Below are positions 9,273-20,122 of a stretch of 64,000 bases of DNA, piece after piece. Under the pieces are notes generated by a model, which had not been told where the DNA came from, did not search any database, and saw only the letters and a program-made list of their open reading frames with translations. Position numbers and translations under genes: made by a program. How positions within the stretch are numbered: position 1 is the stretch's first letter; each line of letters starts with the position of its first letter. This stretch comes from an uncultured bacterium (lineage in GTDB: Bacteria; Patescibacteriota; Microgenomatia; Levybacterales; UBA12049), in the NCBI GenBank assembly GCA_963826535.1, contig CAWGXL010000008.1, positions 2,679 to 66,678 on the forward strand, read 5' to 3'.

Positions 9273-11602
9273 TGGAAGACTTAAAGGTAGGTATAGGCGT
9301 AGATATAAACGGGCTGCTTACCGGAATGGCAAGGGCCAATAAGTCTTTGCAGGATTTCAAAGACCAGGCTGGAAGATTTAAAGGAGCACTGGATAAAGCT
9401 ACTGATCCAACTTCAATAGCAAGATTAACCAGGGCTTTAGATGCAGCTAATGCTAAGATAAAGACAATAGGTGGTGCGGGACTAAGTGGATTAAATAATC
9501 TATCAAAATCTTCTAACACAGCCGGATTTGCTCTAACAAACTTAGGCCGTGTGGCACAGGATGCACAGTTTGGATTTGTTGGTATAGCCAACAACCTTAA
9601 TCCATTACTTGAATCATTTCAAAGATTAAATAAAGAAAGCGGAAGCACAAAGGGTGCACTTAAAGCTCTTGCAGGCTCTGTTATGGGAGCGGGAGGTATA
9701 GGGCTTGCACTCAGTCTTGCTATTCCTATTATCGGTTTTATGACTTCAGGTTTCGGAGCCTGGACAAGGGGGTTGACAGGAAATAAAGCCGCATTGGATG
9801 CAACAGCCAAATCAGCAAAAAAGGTAACCGAAGAAATAGAATCGTTAAAATCGGTAATGGATATTATCGGTGAATCTACAGCTTCTGTTCAGGGGAATAT
9901 TGCTGTAGTGAATGTTTTAGCAGCAACAATTTTAGACACTAATAAATCTTATGAAGAAAGAAACAGAGCACTAAGAGAATTAAAGAAAACAAATGAGGCT
10001 TATTTTGGAGACCTAACCCTTGAAGCCTCTAAGTTGGCTACACTTACAGGGCTTGTAAATGAATATACACAGGCACTTACTCAGCAAGCTGTTATTAAAG
10101 GATTTGAGGGTGGGATTTCAAATATTACGCAGGCAATTTTTAATCAGCAAAAAGTTGTTAAGGATGCGAATAAAGTATTAGTAAGTGCACAAAGAGATGT
10201 AGGGGAAGAAATTGCAGCCGCTACTAAACAAGGGCCGGCACAGCTTGCAAGATTATATGCACGAATTGCGGCCGGTGCTACTGATGCAAGCGGCAAACTT
10301 AAAGACGCTAATGAAGAATTAGCTAAGCAAAATAATATAGCAAATACTCTTACCACACAATACAGTGATTTGAGGAAAGGAATTCAGGATGCTGTTACTG
10401 CTTCTTTAGGATTCAAACCACTAACAATTGATAAGCCAGAAGGCGCGGACAAAGCAGCTAAAGAGATTGAGACTATAAATGATGTGCTTGCAAAAATGAG
10501 GGCCGAGTTAGTGGTGCTTAATAAGATTGAATTAACCTTTGGCACAGATGAAACACAAAATAAAATAAAGCTTCTTGAAAAAACTATTGAAGAGTTATTT
10601 TCAAAATTCAAGTTAGGGACTAAAAGCCCATACATCATAGGGTTAGAATTTGAGATAGCAGAATTTAAGCTAACAGAATTCAGCAATAAGATTTTAAAAG
10701 GTGATAGAACATTAACAACGACTATTCCTACAGAAATACTTTTTGTTATTAATGAACGTAAAGCAAGGCAGGAATTAAGAGAAAAACTTTTACCATTTTC
10801 TGATTTGCCTCAAATACAAACAGAGCAAAAAGTAACGATTGATATAAATCCATTTATAAATACTGGTGATTTAGATAACGCTGCAAAGGTGGCATTTATA
10901 AAAGGGCAAGGTATAGGAACAGCATTACAGAATGGAATAAAAACATCTATTGAAGGATTAATATTACCAGAATTAAATGAAGCCTTTGATATTGCAAAAA
11001 ATGTTGAAAGACTAAACCAATCGATAGCAGATAATTTAAAGGTTGGATTAATCGATGCTTTAGCAGGAATTGGGGAAGCAATAGGAAGTGCTATTGCTGA
11101 AGGTGGCGATTTAGGGAAGGCAATATTTGGTAGTTTATTTCAGGTTATATCACATGGCCTAAAAGAGATGGGAAAGGCAATGGTTGCTTTAGGTACTGCA
11201 AAAATTTTCATTGAAAAATTCAAATTTGCTCCCGGTATAGTAACTGTTACTGCCGGTATTGCAATAATTGCTTTGGCTCAGGCGCTACAGGCATCTATAC
11301 CAAAGTTTGCTGAAGGCGGTCCCGTTTCCGGTTCAGGAAGGCCTGATTCAATTTTAGCACGGCTTTCACCAGGAGAGTATATTATCAAAGCTGACACAGT
11401 AGACCGTTTCGGCACACACTTTTTTGATATGTTGAATAAAGGCATTATACCTCCAAGAATGAATACAGGAGGCAGTGTAAGTGGCGCAAATATAGGAGGC
11501 GGACTATCTCATGAATTAGTTGTAGCAGATGTTAAAATTAAAGGCTCTGATTTGCTTTTAGTTTTTGATAGGGCAACAAACTCACGTAGCAGAAATGGAT
11601 AA
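9272..11602 (+). CDS. Tape measure protein
   Basis: Ala/Gly-rich coiled coil; VAQDAQFGFVGIANN; PKFAEGG...DSILARLSPGEYII. Confidence 0.92.
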   Translation: MEDLKVGIGVDINGLLTGMARANKSLQDFKDQAGRFKGALDKATDPTSIARLTRALDAANAKIKTIGGAGLSGLNNLSKSSNTAGFALTNLGRVAQDAQFGFVGIANNLNPLLESFQRLNKESGSTKGALKALAGSVMGAGGIGLALSLAIPIIGFMTSGFGAWTRGLTGNKAALDATAKSAKKVTEEIESLKSVMDIIGESTASVQGNIAVVNVLAATILDTNKSYEERNRALRELKKTNEAYFGDLTLEASKLATLTGLVNEYTQALTQQAVIKGFEGGISNITQAIFNQQKVVKDANKVLVSAQRDVGEEIAAATKQGPAQLARLYARIAAGATDASGKLKDANEELAKQNNIANTLTTQYSDLRKGIQDAVTASLGFKPLTIDKPEGADKAAKEIETINDVLAKMRAELVVLNKIELTFGTDETQNKIKLLEKTIEELFSKFKLGTKSPYIIGLEFEIAEFKLTEFSNKILKGDRTLTTTIPTEILFVINERKARQELREKLLPFSDLPQIQTEQKVTIDINPFINTGDLDNAAKVAFIKGQGIGTALQNGIKTSIEGLILPELNEAFDIAKNVERLNQSIADNLKVGLIDALAGIGEAIGSAIAEGGDLGKAIFGSLFQVISHGLKEMGKAMVALGTAKIFIEKFKFAPGIVTVTAGIAIIALAQALQASIPKFAEGGPVSGSGRPDSILARLSPGEYIIKADTVDRFGTHFFDMLNKGIIPPRMNTGGSVSGANIGGGLSHELVVADVKIKGSDLLLVFDRATNSRSRNG

Positions 11603-11608
11603 AAAGTT

Positions 11609-13876
11609 ATGGCATATGGTATAAAATATATTTGCGATTTCAACAGGCTAACAACTCTTGACTACCCGGACTATACATTTCAAATACTCCAAAAAAATTA
11701 TGAAGGTGATGCACAAAGATTAACAGGTGGTGCATCGGTAGTTATACATAGGTGGGAGACAGATAACCCAATAGCTCCAATTAAAGGTTCATCATTAGAA
11801 GTTACGTTAATTAATGAAGGTGCATTCCCACTTCTTTCAATTTACTCCACAGATGACGAAGAGTTTAAGGCAAAATTAATCTGGCACGCAGATGTAGATA
11901 TATTAATGTTTGAAGGCTTTGTGGTGCAAGATGATTGCAGTGAGTTAATGGTGGATTATAACCATGAAGTAACAATATCAGCAAATGATAATCTTGGATT
12001 ACTTAAAGATGTTGCACTCAATAAAGCGGCTGCAGGATATGGTCTTTTATACACTTCCATTGAACCTTATGAAATAACACAAGTAGCCGCAACATCTGAT
12101 TTACTTGTTAGTTTAGGTTATGGCAGTACAGTAATGGTAGGTGATAAAATAAGCATAGATGGCGGAGAGCAATATGAAATAGCCGGTATTGAAAAAGGCG
12201 GGACTGTTTACAATCTTTATTTAGTTGAGAATGTAGCAAGTGTAGCACCAACAACGGGTGAGTTAGCTCTTTACCGTAATGCCTTAGATAATTTACTTAC
12301 TCTTTTAATGATCATTAAAAGGTGTATAAGTGCTACAGGACTGGAACTAAATACTCATATTTTCTCAAACATTAATGAATCAACTGTTACAGAAAACACA
12401 GTATGTTTTTTGGAGCAAACTTTAATTGATCCGCAAACTTTTTTGAAGGGTGAAAATAATTATGATGATTGTTATACAGTGCTTGAAAAGATTTTACAGA
12501 GGTTTAATTTTACCCTCTTCCAGGCTAAAGGTGTTTGGAATATGGTTAGATGGCATGAAGCAAGAGTTTATGACTATGATGTGCCGGGTCATGCATATGA
12601 TGCAGAATTTAATTTATTGCCGGATAAGGTTTATTTAGATGGAAGGTTAGTTGTTGATGAAGGTGTAACATTCCAGGGGTTCCCTAAATTCTTAATTGGC
12701 TCAGGTGAACATACGGCGGCTGAGACAGGTTTATTACAAAGGATTCAAAGACCGTATGAGCACGTAAAAGAAACCTTCAATTATAAGCAGCCAACGGAAT
12801 TATTGCGCAATGCAAACTTTACGCAATTAGGCCCATTAATCCAGACATATACAACAGGCAGCGGGGATGACCTGCAACTCATAGCTGAATATGAGGCTAA
12901 ATGGTGGAACTATACAGATGAAACTCCTACTGGGTCAGGCGTTAACGGTGCAGCCGTATTTTTTATAAGGGTTATACTGGACAGCTTAGGCAATGAAGTT
13001 GAGCGGTATATGGTTGTTAAAAATAATGACATTCACTCCTATAGAATAGAAGCTAATAAAGGGGATAAAGTAAAGTTCTCATTTAGCTTCAAAACTCCAG
13101 ACGGCTTTACTACAATAATTGTTTATATCAAATTAACAGATGGCACTAATACTGTTTTTGCAAATGAGCCCGGAAGTACACCTACATGGGCTACTACGGT
13201 GGGTTATAATGCAACCGTTACGGCGGTGGCTAACGAATGGACAAGCGTAGAAACTGAAACCGCTTCGATCCCTTTTGACGGAATATTAACGGTTTATTTG
13301 CGGGCATATAGTACAAGCGGGAATGGTGAAAATCAATACAAAGATGTGAGGCTTGAATATATCCCTACTATCAATCAATCCACAAAAATCATAGGTCACA
13401 CACACACCTCGGAGCATCCTATCACAATTAAAAACAATGATGAAAAAGAAATCTTTGTAGATAACACTTCCCGTAATTCATTAGCCGGTACATTGTTTTT
13501 AAATGAGCTGGACGGCATATTACAAAAACGTTGCAATCAATGGAAAATGTTTTCAGGTGCAGCTATGAATTTAGGAGAGCTTACCACCAGAGAAAATTTA
13601 TTTCTTCGCAGAACACCCCGTATGATTTTGGAAGGTACTTTTTATAATCTAATATCAGAAATAGTAGATACCCCAACCATACATGATCATGTTAGTTTAC
13701 TCACAGTAGTGAAACATAACTACGTCCCTTATATCAATTTTTGTTTTGGCAGGCTTGAAATAGATTACCGAAATAACAAGTGTTCGGGAACCCTGTTCGA
13801 AATGTATAAAGATAATGAACAAGATAGCGAACTAACTAACCTTTACACCTTTGATTTTATATATGATTCTAAATGA
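11609..13876 (+). CDS. Tail tip/baseplate hub protein
   Basis: Follows TMP; MAYGIKY..., ISANDNLGLLK pattern of Bacteroidetes siphophage tail proteins. Confidence 0.7.
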   Translation: MAYGIKYICDFNRLTTLDYPDYTFQILQKNYEGDAQRLTGGASVVIHRWETDNPIAPIKGSSLEVTLINEGAFPLLSIYSTDDEEFKAKLIWHADVDILMFEGFVVQDDCSELMVDYNHEVTISANDNLGLLKDVALNKAAAGYGLLYTSIEPYEITQVAATSDLLVSLGYGSTVMVGDKISIDGGEQYEIAGIEKGGTVYNLYLVENVASVAPTTGELALYRNALDNLLTLLMIIKRCISATGLELNTHIFSNINESTVTENTVCFLEQTLIDPQTFLKGENNYDDCYTVLEKILQRFNFTLFQAKGVWNMVRWHEARVYDYDVPGHAYDAEFNLLPDKVYLDGRLVVDEGVTFQGFPKFLIGSGEHTAAETGLLQRIQRPYEHVKETFNYKQPTELLRNANFTQLGPLIQTYTTGSGDDLQLIAEYEAKWWNYTDETPTGSGVNGAAVFFIRVILDSLGNEVERYMVVKNNDIHSYRIEANKGDKVKFSFSFKTPDGFTTIIVYIKLTDGTNTVFANEPGSTPTWATTVGYNATVTAVANEWTSVETETASIPFDGILTVYLRAYSTSGNGENQYKDVRLEYIPTINQSTKIIGHTHTSEHPITIKNNDEKEIFVDNTSRNSLAGTLFLNELDGILQKRCNQWKMFSGAAMNLGELTTRENLFLRRTPRMILEGTFYNLISEIVDTPTIHDHVSLLTVVKHNYVPYINFCFGRLEIDYRNNKCSGTLFEMYKDNEQDSELTNLYTFDFIYDSK

Positions 13877-14556
13877 ATGTACAGGGTAAAAATGTTATAT
13901 TATTCATATACGAAGGTGGTGTATGGGTTGGTTACGCCTGCGGCCGTAGTATCACATTTAATGTACAAACTGATTTCATTGAAACCAGTGGCCCGGGCAC
14001 AGGGAAGAGCGCCTATTTTTTACCCACAAAAAATTCATTTTCGGCAACAATAGACGGCATTGTTGCACTTGAGGAAACCGATATGCTTACGCTGCCTGAT
14101 CTCAGAGCAAAGCAGCTTGCACATGAACTATTGTTGTGTCGATTTCAAAGAACAGATGACGGGGCGCATGTGTATACTGATGAATGTGAAATGTACATAA
14201 GCAACAGTAGTGATGTAGGGAGTTGGGATGATATGGCAGTATTTACAATTGACCTTATAGGGATAGGGCAAATATCACAGGTGTTCGTAACGCAGCCGCC
14301 TATACCTATGGATGCAGTACAGGTTAAGAGATATGAATATACAGGTATTGGAGGTGAGTTTGGTTTTACAGATACACAATTAATCGGTAAGGATATTTTG
14401 GAGGTAAACAAGGATGGAATTAGTAATAGCAGAATTATAATAAGTGGCACACCGATAAATAAAGAAGTAAAATATATAAGTGCAACAGGTCAATTTATAT
14501 GGGCTATGGCAATAGAGCCAGGAGAAGAAATTTATGTTTTGTATCAGGATATATAA
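13873..14556 (+). CDS. Second tail-tube-like protein with an extra C-terminal domain
   Basis: CGRSITFNVQTDFIETS...SFSATIDG...FTIDLIG.G tube-protein pattern. Confidence 0.65.
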   Translation: MNVQGKNVILFIYEGGVWVGYACGRSITFNVQTDFIETSGPGTGKSAYFLPTKNSFSATIDGIVALEETDMLTLPDLRAKQLAHELLLCRFQRTDDGAHVYTDECEMYISNSSDVGSWDDMAVFTIDLIGIGQISQVFVTQPPIPMDAVQVKRYEYTGIGGEFGFTDTQLIGKDILEVNKDGISNSRIIISGTPINKEVKYISATGQFIWAMAIEPGEEIYVLYQDI

Positions 14557-14557
14557 A

Positions 14558-14809
14558 ATGAAACTTTTTAATTATAGAGCAACAGGAGTAGAGGCGGGAG
14601 TATTACCATACTCACATATGTTTTTTTCTGCTCTGAAAGGCAAGAGTGTGGTATCAATTTACAGGGATGGAGTAGCAGCATCAAGAATAAAAACCGATGG
14701 GATTCCTGAAAATAAGGAGGCTACATTTTACAGTGTTTTAGGTACTGTTTTAATATGGGGGAAATTGGTTAACGGGGAAGAAATTTCAATACTATATCAG
14801 AATCAATGA
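14558..14809 (+). CDS. Small protein homologous to the C-terminal domain of 13873..14556
   Basis: LKGKSVVSIYRDGV..GIPENKE..GEEISILYQ vs LIGKDILEVNKDGI..GTPINKE..GEEIYVLYQ. Confidence 0.7.
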   Translation: MKLFNYRATGVEAGVLPYSHMFFSALKGKSVVSIYRDGVAASRIKTDGIPENKEATFYSVLGTVLIWGKLVNGEEISILYQNQ

Positions 14810-17382
14810 GAAAACTATTAACTATATTATTGTGTTTGGCTTGTTTCTTTGTAAAAGGTCAATCGATTACTTATACCCCTATGTCGGCAGGGGGCTATAC
14901 TTTTAGATATTTAAAAGCCGATTCAGGCTTTGCCGTTCCTTTTAGAAATCTTAGCACAGGCAGGGGAGTAGTAAGAGCGGGAAGTATAGTAGTTAACACA
15001 GCAGATAATATTTTTTATGGTTTTGATGGTACAGCATGGTTACCATTAGGCGGTGGCGGCGCAGCAGGAACCTATGTAGATTCTTTAAGTATAGTAGGGA
15101 ATAATCTGTTCTATTGGGAGGCAGGATTAGGAACCGGGATCCAAATAAATAAACTTGATTCTGTTGTACAGAAAGCGGGCACAGATAGCATATATACTTA
15201 TATTGGTGGGGTAGGAACATTTGTATATAGAAACATTGGAGCAAGCGGTGGTGTATCAGAAGTAACAAGCACTACAAGTGATATAACTATCACTAATGGT
15301 ACTACTACACCGGCTTTAACACTTGATACGAATAAACATCATTCTTATGCCTATTTACAGACTGTTTTTGCTGCTTTGGCACATACACATGATGCAAGTC
15401 ATATAATCTCAGGAACGCTACCTATTGTTCGCGGTGGAACAGGTTTAGCCGGAATTGGTTCAGTAGGGCAACAAATGAGGGTAGCTGCATCAGGAACAGC
15501 GCTTGAATATTATACTCCAACAATAGGAACGGGGACAGTTACAAATGTATCATCATCTACAAGCGATATAACGGTTATTAATCCTACCACTACGCCTGTA
15601 ATTACATTAGATACAACTTTGCATCATTCATTAGGTTTTTTGGATTTAAGATATGCCGATATTTCCAATGATTCCGCTTTTGTAAGACATACCAATATTG
15701 CTGTTGATACATTGAGGCTTTATAGATCGAATGGGGACTCATCAGATGTTCTTTTTGATATAGGAGGCACAGGTATTACACAAGAACAATTAGACGATAC
15801 GGCGGCTGCAATAAGAGATGATTTTCCAACTGGGAGCGCAGCCGTATGGGGAACTATTACAGGCACACTATCAGATCAAACAGATGTTCAAAGCGCCATA
15901 GATGCAAAACAAGAAACACTTATAAGCGGCTCAAATATTAAAACTATAAATGGTAATTCATTACTTGGTAGTGGTGACTTAGTGATAGCTGGCAGTTCTT
16001 GGGGAACTATTACAGGAACGCTATCAGCACAAACAGATTTACAAAGTGCTTTAGATGCGAAGCAAGATGATATTACGCTTACTACAACTGGCACAAGCGG
16101 AGCGGCAACTTTAATTGGCTCTATTTTGAACATACCTCAATATGTGGGTAGTTCCGTTACTCCTGCAGCACTAACCAAAACAGATGACGCTAATGTAACA
16201 TTGACTTTAGGCGGCACGCCTTCAACTGCTTTACTGCAGGCGACTTCGCTAACATTAGGATGGGCTGGCACACTTGCAGCCACAAGGGGTGGTACAGGTA
16301 CAGGGACAGTTGCGATTGGAGATCTACTCTACGGATCAGGCGTGAACACATGGAGCAAGCTCACAGCCGGAACAAGCGGCTATGTTTTAACTTCGGGTGG
16401 TGCTGGTGTTGCGCCCTCATGGTCGGCTTCAAGTGGTGGCAGCGGATGGCTTTTAACCGGTAATGCAGGAACAACAGCAGGAACAAATTTTTTAGGCACA
16501 ACAGATAACATTGCTCTTAATTTCAGAGTGAACAATATTACCGCCGGACGAATACCCACAGATGCGACGCCCTGGAAAACGTCTTTCGGATATGGAGCAA
16601 TTCCGGATGCTTCAACAGGTGTTAGCAATTCCGCTTTTGGGCACCTTGCAGGAGCAGCATTAGCAGGGGGGGATTTAAATACTTTAGTAGGATTTAAGGC
16701 CGGAAACGCAATGACAAGCGGCTCAAGCAATACTGCTATTGGTTTTAACGCTATGCAAGCCAGTACAACAAGTCTATATAACACAGCGGTGGGATATCAG
16801 GCGTTGTCTGCTGGTACTGTTGCGTATCAAAATACAGCTATAGGGTATAACGCTGGACAGAACACAGCAGCAGCGCATAATGTTTTTATTGGATATAACG
16901 CAGGTCAGGATAATACAACTGGTGGATCAAATGTTGCAGTAGGGTCTCTTGCTCTTTTAGATAATGTTTCAGGTTCAAATGTCACAGCAGTAGGCCATCA
17001 GGCATTAAATCTAAGTACAGGGGCAACTAATACAGCATTAGGAAAAGATGCAGGAGCAGCAAATACAACGGGGGAATCAAATCTTTATTTAGGTGCATGG
17101 GCGGGCAGTCATGCTACGACGCAATCTAATCAGATTTTCATAAATACCATTAATCGTTCAAATTACACAGGAGATCAAACGGGTTCGCCTATTTACATTC
17201 AACAAAACGCAACAGTATCAAACCAAATTATCACGGTTAATGGGGCTCTTAAATTATCTTCTATGACTACAACGCAACGGAATGCAATTCCATCCCCTGC
17301 AGCTGGAATGATAATCTACAATTCAACAACTAACCAAATAAATGTATATACAACAGGTTGGGAGGCTGTAACAAGTTTATGA
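14806..17382 (+). CDS. Long tail-fibre-like trimeric protein with Sec signal peptide
   Basis: MRKLLTILLCLACFFVKG|Q; WGTITGTLSxQTD repeats, RGGTG motifs, NTAxGxxA (YadA-head-like) repeats, MTTTQRNAI..PAAGMIIYN end. Confidence 0.8.
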   Translation: MRKLLTILLCLACFFVKGQSITYTPMSAGGYTFRYLKADSGFAVPFRNLSTGRGVVRAGSIVVNTADNIFYGFDGTAWLPLGGGGAAGTYVDSLSIVGNNLFYWEAGLGTGIQINKLDSVVQKAGTDSIYTYIGGVGTFVYRNIGASGGVSEVTSTTSDITITNGTTTPALTLDTNKHHSYAYLQTVFAALAHTHDASHIISGTLPIVRGGTGLAGIGSVGQQMRVAASGTALEYYTPTIGTGTVTNVSSSTSDITVINPTTTPVITLDTTLHHSLGFLDLRYADISNDSAFVRHTNIAVDTLRLYRSNGDSSDVLFDIGGTGITQEQLDDTAAAIRDDFPTGSAAVWGTITGTLSDQTDVQSAIDAKQETLISGSNIKTINGNSLLGSGDLVIAGSSWGTITGTLSAQTDLQSALDAKQDDITLTTTGTSGAATLIGSILNIPQYVGSSVTPAALTKTDDANVTLTLGGTPSTALLQATSLTLGWAGTLAATRGGTGTGTVAIGDLLYGSGVNTWSKLTAGTSGYVLTSGGAGVAPSWSASSGGSGWLLTGNAGTTAGTNFLGTTDNIALNFRVNNITAGRIPTDATPWKTSFGYGAIPDASTGVSNSAFGHLAGAALAGGDLNTLVGFKAGNAMTSGSSNTAIGFNAMQASTTSLYNTAVGYQALSAGTVAYQNTAIGYNAGQNTAAAHNVFIGYNAGQDNTTGGSNVAVGSLALLDNVSGSNVTAVGHQALNLSTGATNTALGKDAGAANTTGESNLYLGAWAGSHATTQSNQIFINTINRSNYTGDQTGSPIYIQQNATVSNQIITVNGALKLSSMTTTQRNAIPSPAAGMIIYNSTTNQINVYTTGWEAVTSL
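15845..16070 (+). repeat. Internal duplicated fibre repeat (WGTITGTLSxQTDxQSAxDAKQ, two copies)
   Basis: tggggaactattacagg occurs twice. Confidence 0.8.
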
Positions 17383-17600
17383 TAAAAAAAATATTAATGG
17401 TATTGGCAATTACTTTTCTTATTGCTTTTACACCAAACCAAACAAAAACTTTAAAAGTTGAAGCTGATTTACAAACATGGAATACAATACTTAGAGTTAT
17501 TGATTTTAGTGAAGCTCCTGCAAAAGAAAGAATAGCTGTTAGAGATTTTATTATCAACCAATTGAATGATACGACAAAAAATAAAATAAAACCAAAATAA
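17379..17600 (+). CDS. Small signal-peptide protein downstream of fibre 1 (chaperone-like)
   Basis: MIKKILMVLAITFLIAF N-terminus; short helical body. Confidence 0.65.
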   Translation: MIKKILMVLAITFLIAFTPNQTKTLKVEADLQTWNTILRVIDFSEAPAKERIAVRDFIINQLNDTTKNKIKPK

Positions 17601-18091
17601 TGGCAACAATAGCAATTAAAAAAGAAATCAATGGAGTAGCCTCTTATATAAGAAACAATGGCGAGCTTTTTACAATTTTCTCTCCAATTATTCTAAACAG
17701 TAGTGGCACAAGAGTTTTATTGCGGGATGCAATTGGAGACTTTGATTTTAGTTCTACCGATTCAATAACTATTAATGATATGTCGTATAATGGGCACACG
17801 GCAAAAGAAATTGTAGCAAAATTACGTGATGAGGTTTTTCTTAACGCTGGGGGGGCAGCGTCAACAACCGATGCAGGCGACCTCATAACAGGTACGCTTG
17901 ACGATGATAGACTAAGCGGCAACGTAATGTTTATGGAAATAGCTGCCACTTATGCCGCAATTGATCCAGGTACAAGAAAGAGACTAATATATGTATTGGC
18001 AGATGAAACAAATAATGATGATATATCCCTTTATGTACATAACGGAACCGTTTTAAAATCTATACACCTAACTGAACAACTTGAATCGTAA
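17600..18091 (+). CDS. Hypothetical virion/fibre-associated protein (no signal peptide)
   Basis: DAGDLITGTLDDDRL fibre motif. Confidence 0.6.
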   Translation: MATIAIKKEINGVASYIRNNGELFTIFSPIILNSSGTRVLLRDAIGDFDFSSTDSITINDMSYNGHTAKEIVAKLRDEVFLNAGGAASTTDAGDLITGTLDDDRLSGNVMFMEIAATYAAIDPGTRKRLIYVLADETNNDDISLYVHNGTVLKSIHLTEQLES

Positions 18092-20121
18092 TGAAAAAAT
18101 TATTCTTTCTATTTCTTATTATTTCTTCATTTGCAAGAGCGCAAACAGTGCAGACTATTTATCCTGCTTCTACCATTGCAGATATGAAAACTTATTATGG
18201 CAAATCCAGCAGAGTTCATGTTTTCGCTACTAATGAAGATTACATTCGTTGTACAGTTTGCACGGCGGATGAAATAACAATTTTTGCAGGAGCAGGTGGA
18301 AGAAAATGGAAAAAGTTTGCTGATTTAATTGGAGGCGATACAACAATATTTGAAACTGTATTAGATAGTACAGGGCAGCCCGGTCAAAGAATATTATGGA
18401 GTGCAGGAAATAAAATTAAAAGTCATCAATATTTTTTGTACGATTCGGCGAACCGAAAAGTTGTAATTAATCATAATAATGTAAGTATTGGTGGCGCGGG
18501 TGTAAAGTTATGGGTGCAGGGAAGTTCTACAGTGAACGGTTCTTTGGTTGTTGCAAGTTATGCGACTGCTTTTGGTTTTATAAAACCAGGGGGCACAGCT
18601 TCTCAATTTCTAAAAGCAAATGGTACAGTAGATGCGAATGATTACTTAACAACCGCTTTGGCAGCATCAACTTATGCCACTATTGCAAATCTTGCTCTAA
18701 AAAATAATATTTCAGACACAGCGGCAATGCTATCACCTTATCTCAGAAGTAATGTAGCTGGAGCAACATATCAGCCGCTTTTAATTAGTGGTACAAATAT
18801 TAAAACTGTAAATGGAACAGCGGTTTTGGGCAGTGGTGATTTAGTTGTAGGTGGCATTCCTGCAGGCTCAACAACAGAAATACAATACAATAATGCGGGT
18901 GCTTTTGGTGCAAGTTCTACGTTTAAATACATTTCCACAGCTGCACTTACTTCTGCTAAAAATTATTCAGCCTTATATATTAACCCGGTAACTACAGCCG
19001 TAGCCAGTACAGATACATTAATAGCTCTTGAACTACATAACACATTTAACAAAGGGGCTTATATAAATGTAGCAGATCATTTAATGAAGTTGAATTTGGG
19101 CTTTTTAAATGCGGATTCTAATTGGAACTTTAGTTATGGCAATGGTGGTGCTGCAAGGCCAACCGCTGGTAGCACAATCTTTATTGGCTACAGGGCCGGG
19201 CAGACTTCTACTTCGGCGTCATTTTCAAACTTCTTTGGTAGTAATGCCGGCTTTGCTGCCACATCTGCAACCGCCTCAAATTTTCTTGGCAATACTGCAG
19301 GCTCAGCCGCTACAGGTGCAAACAATTCGAACTTCCTCGGAACACAGTCAGGTGAAACCGCTACAGGTGCAAACAATTCAAACTTCCTCGGACAACAGGC
19401 TGGCATGACCGCCACATCTGCTTCTAACTCAAACTTTATGGGCTTTACGGCAGGCAAGAACGCCACCAATGCAAGTACTTCAAATTTCTTTGGTTACCAG
19501 GCAGGACTTGGTGCAACAAACGCAAGCAGCTCAACTTTTATTGGTGCTGATGTGGGAAAGGGTGCAACAGGAGCCGCTTATTCAGTTTTCATAGGCTATG
19601 TAGCAGGGAGTAATGCCACTCATGCAATTACCGGAGCTAACAATATTTTAATAGGCAAGGGAATAACAACGCCAACCGCAGGAACAACAAACACGTTTAA
19701 TATCGGCAATGTTCTTTACGGGAATAATACTGCTACGGGCACTACACCGCAGGCTGCAGCACAAACAACGGGAACGGTAGGTATCAATGTAACTACTCCA
19801 AACTCTACACTACAAGCATTAGGATCATTTAGTGCGGGCTATGTTGCTAAATCAGCCACTTATACAGCGACTATCTCAGACTATACTATTGAATGTACTG
19901 CCAATACTTTTACTGTTACCGTCCCTACATCTGTTGGCATAACCGGACGCGAATATTGGATAACAAATACAGGCTCAGGAACTATAACGCTTGCAACAAC
20001 TTCATCTCAAACTTTTGTAAACGTTACGGGCACTCCGACAACTTTAACTATTGCTCAATTCACAGGTTATAAGATCACAAGCAACGGGGCAAACTGGCTT
20101 GCTTATAAAATAGTAAACTAA
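18091..20121 (+). CDS. Second tail-fibre-like protein with Sec signal peptide
   Basis: MKKLFFLFLIISSFARA|Q; GGTASQFLKANG, LISGTNIKTVNG, IQYNNAGAFG, SNFxGxxAG repeats, T4-fibre-like C-terminus (SNGANW). Confidence 0.8.
   Translation: MKKLFFLFLIISSFARAQTVQTIYPASTIADMKTYYGKSSRVHVFATNEDYIRCTVCTADEITIFAGAGGRKWKKFADLIGGDTTIFETVLDSTGQPGQRILWSAGNKIKSHQYFLYDSANRKVVINHNNVSIGGAGVKLWVQGSSTVNGSLVVASYATAFGFIKPGGTASQFLKANGTVDANDYLTTALAASTYATIANLALKNNISDTAAMLSPYLRSNVAGATYQPLLISGTNIKTVNGTAVLGSGDLVVGGIPAGSTTEIQYNNAGAFGASSTFKYISTAALTSAKNYSALYINPVTTAVASTDTLIALELHNTFNKGAYINVADHLMKLNLGFLNADSNWNFSYGNGGAARPTAGSTIFIGYRAGQTSTSASFSNFFGSNAGFAATSATASNFLGNTAGSAATGANNSNFLGTQSGETATGANNSNFLGQQAGMTATSASNSNFMGFTAGKNATNASTSNFFGYQAGLGATNASSSTFIGADVGKGATGAAYSVFIGYVAGSNATHAITGANNILIGKGITTPTAGTTNTFNIGNVLYGNNTATGTTPQAAAQTTGTVGINVTTPNSTLQALGSFSAGYVAKSATYTATISDYTIECTANTFTVTVPTSVGITGREYWITNTGSGTITLATTSSQTFVNVTGTPTTLTIAQFTGYKITSNGANWLAYKIVN
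19180..19640 (+). repeat. 17-aa (51-bp) tandem repeats AxxSNFxGxxAGxxATx
   Basis: ccgctacaggtgcaaacaattc.aacttcctcgga near-exact at a 51-bp spacing. Confidence 0.85.
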
Positions 20122-20122
20122 A

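Noticed and set aside
9265-10686. Antisense ORFs within TMP and other long genes
   Set aside because: Codon-bias shadows with no motifs or expression signals
19180-19640. CRISPR array or DGR template/variable repeats
   Set aside because: Repeats are in-frame coding units without spacers; no cas or reverse transcriptase gene; differences are not adenine-specific
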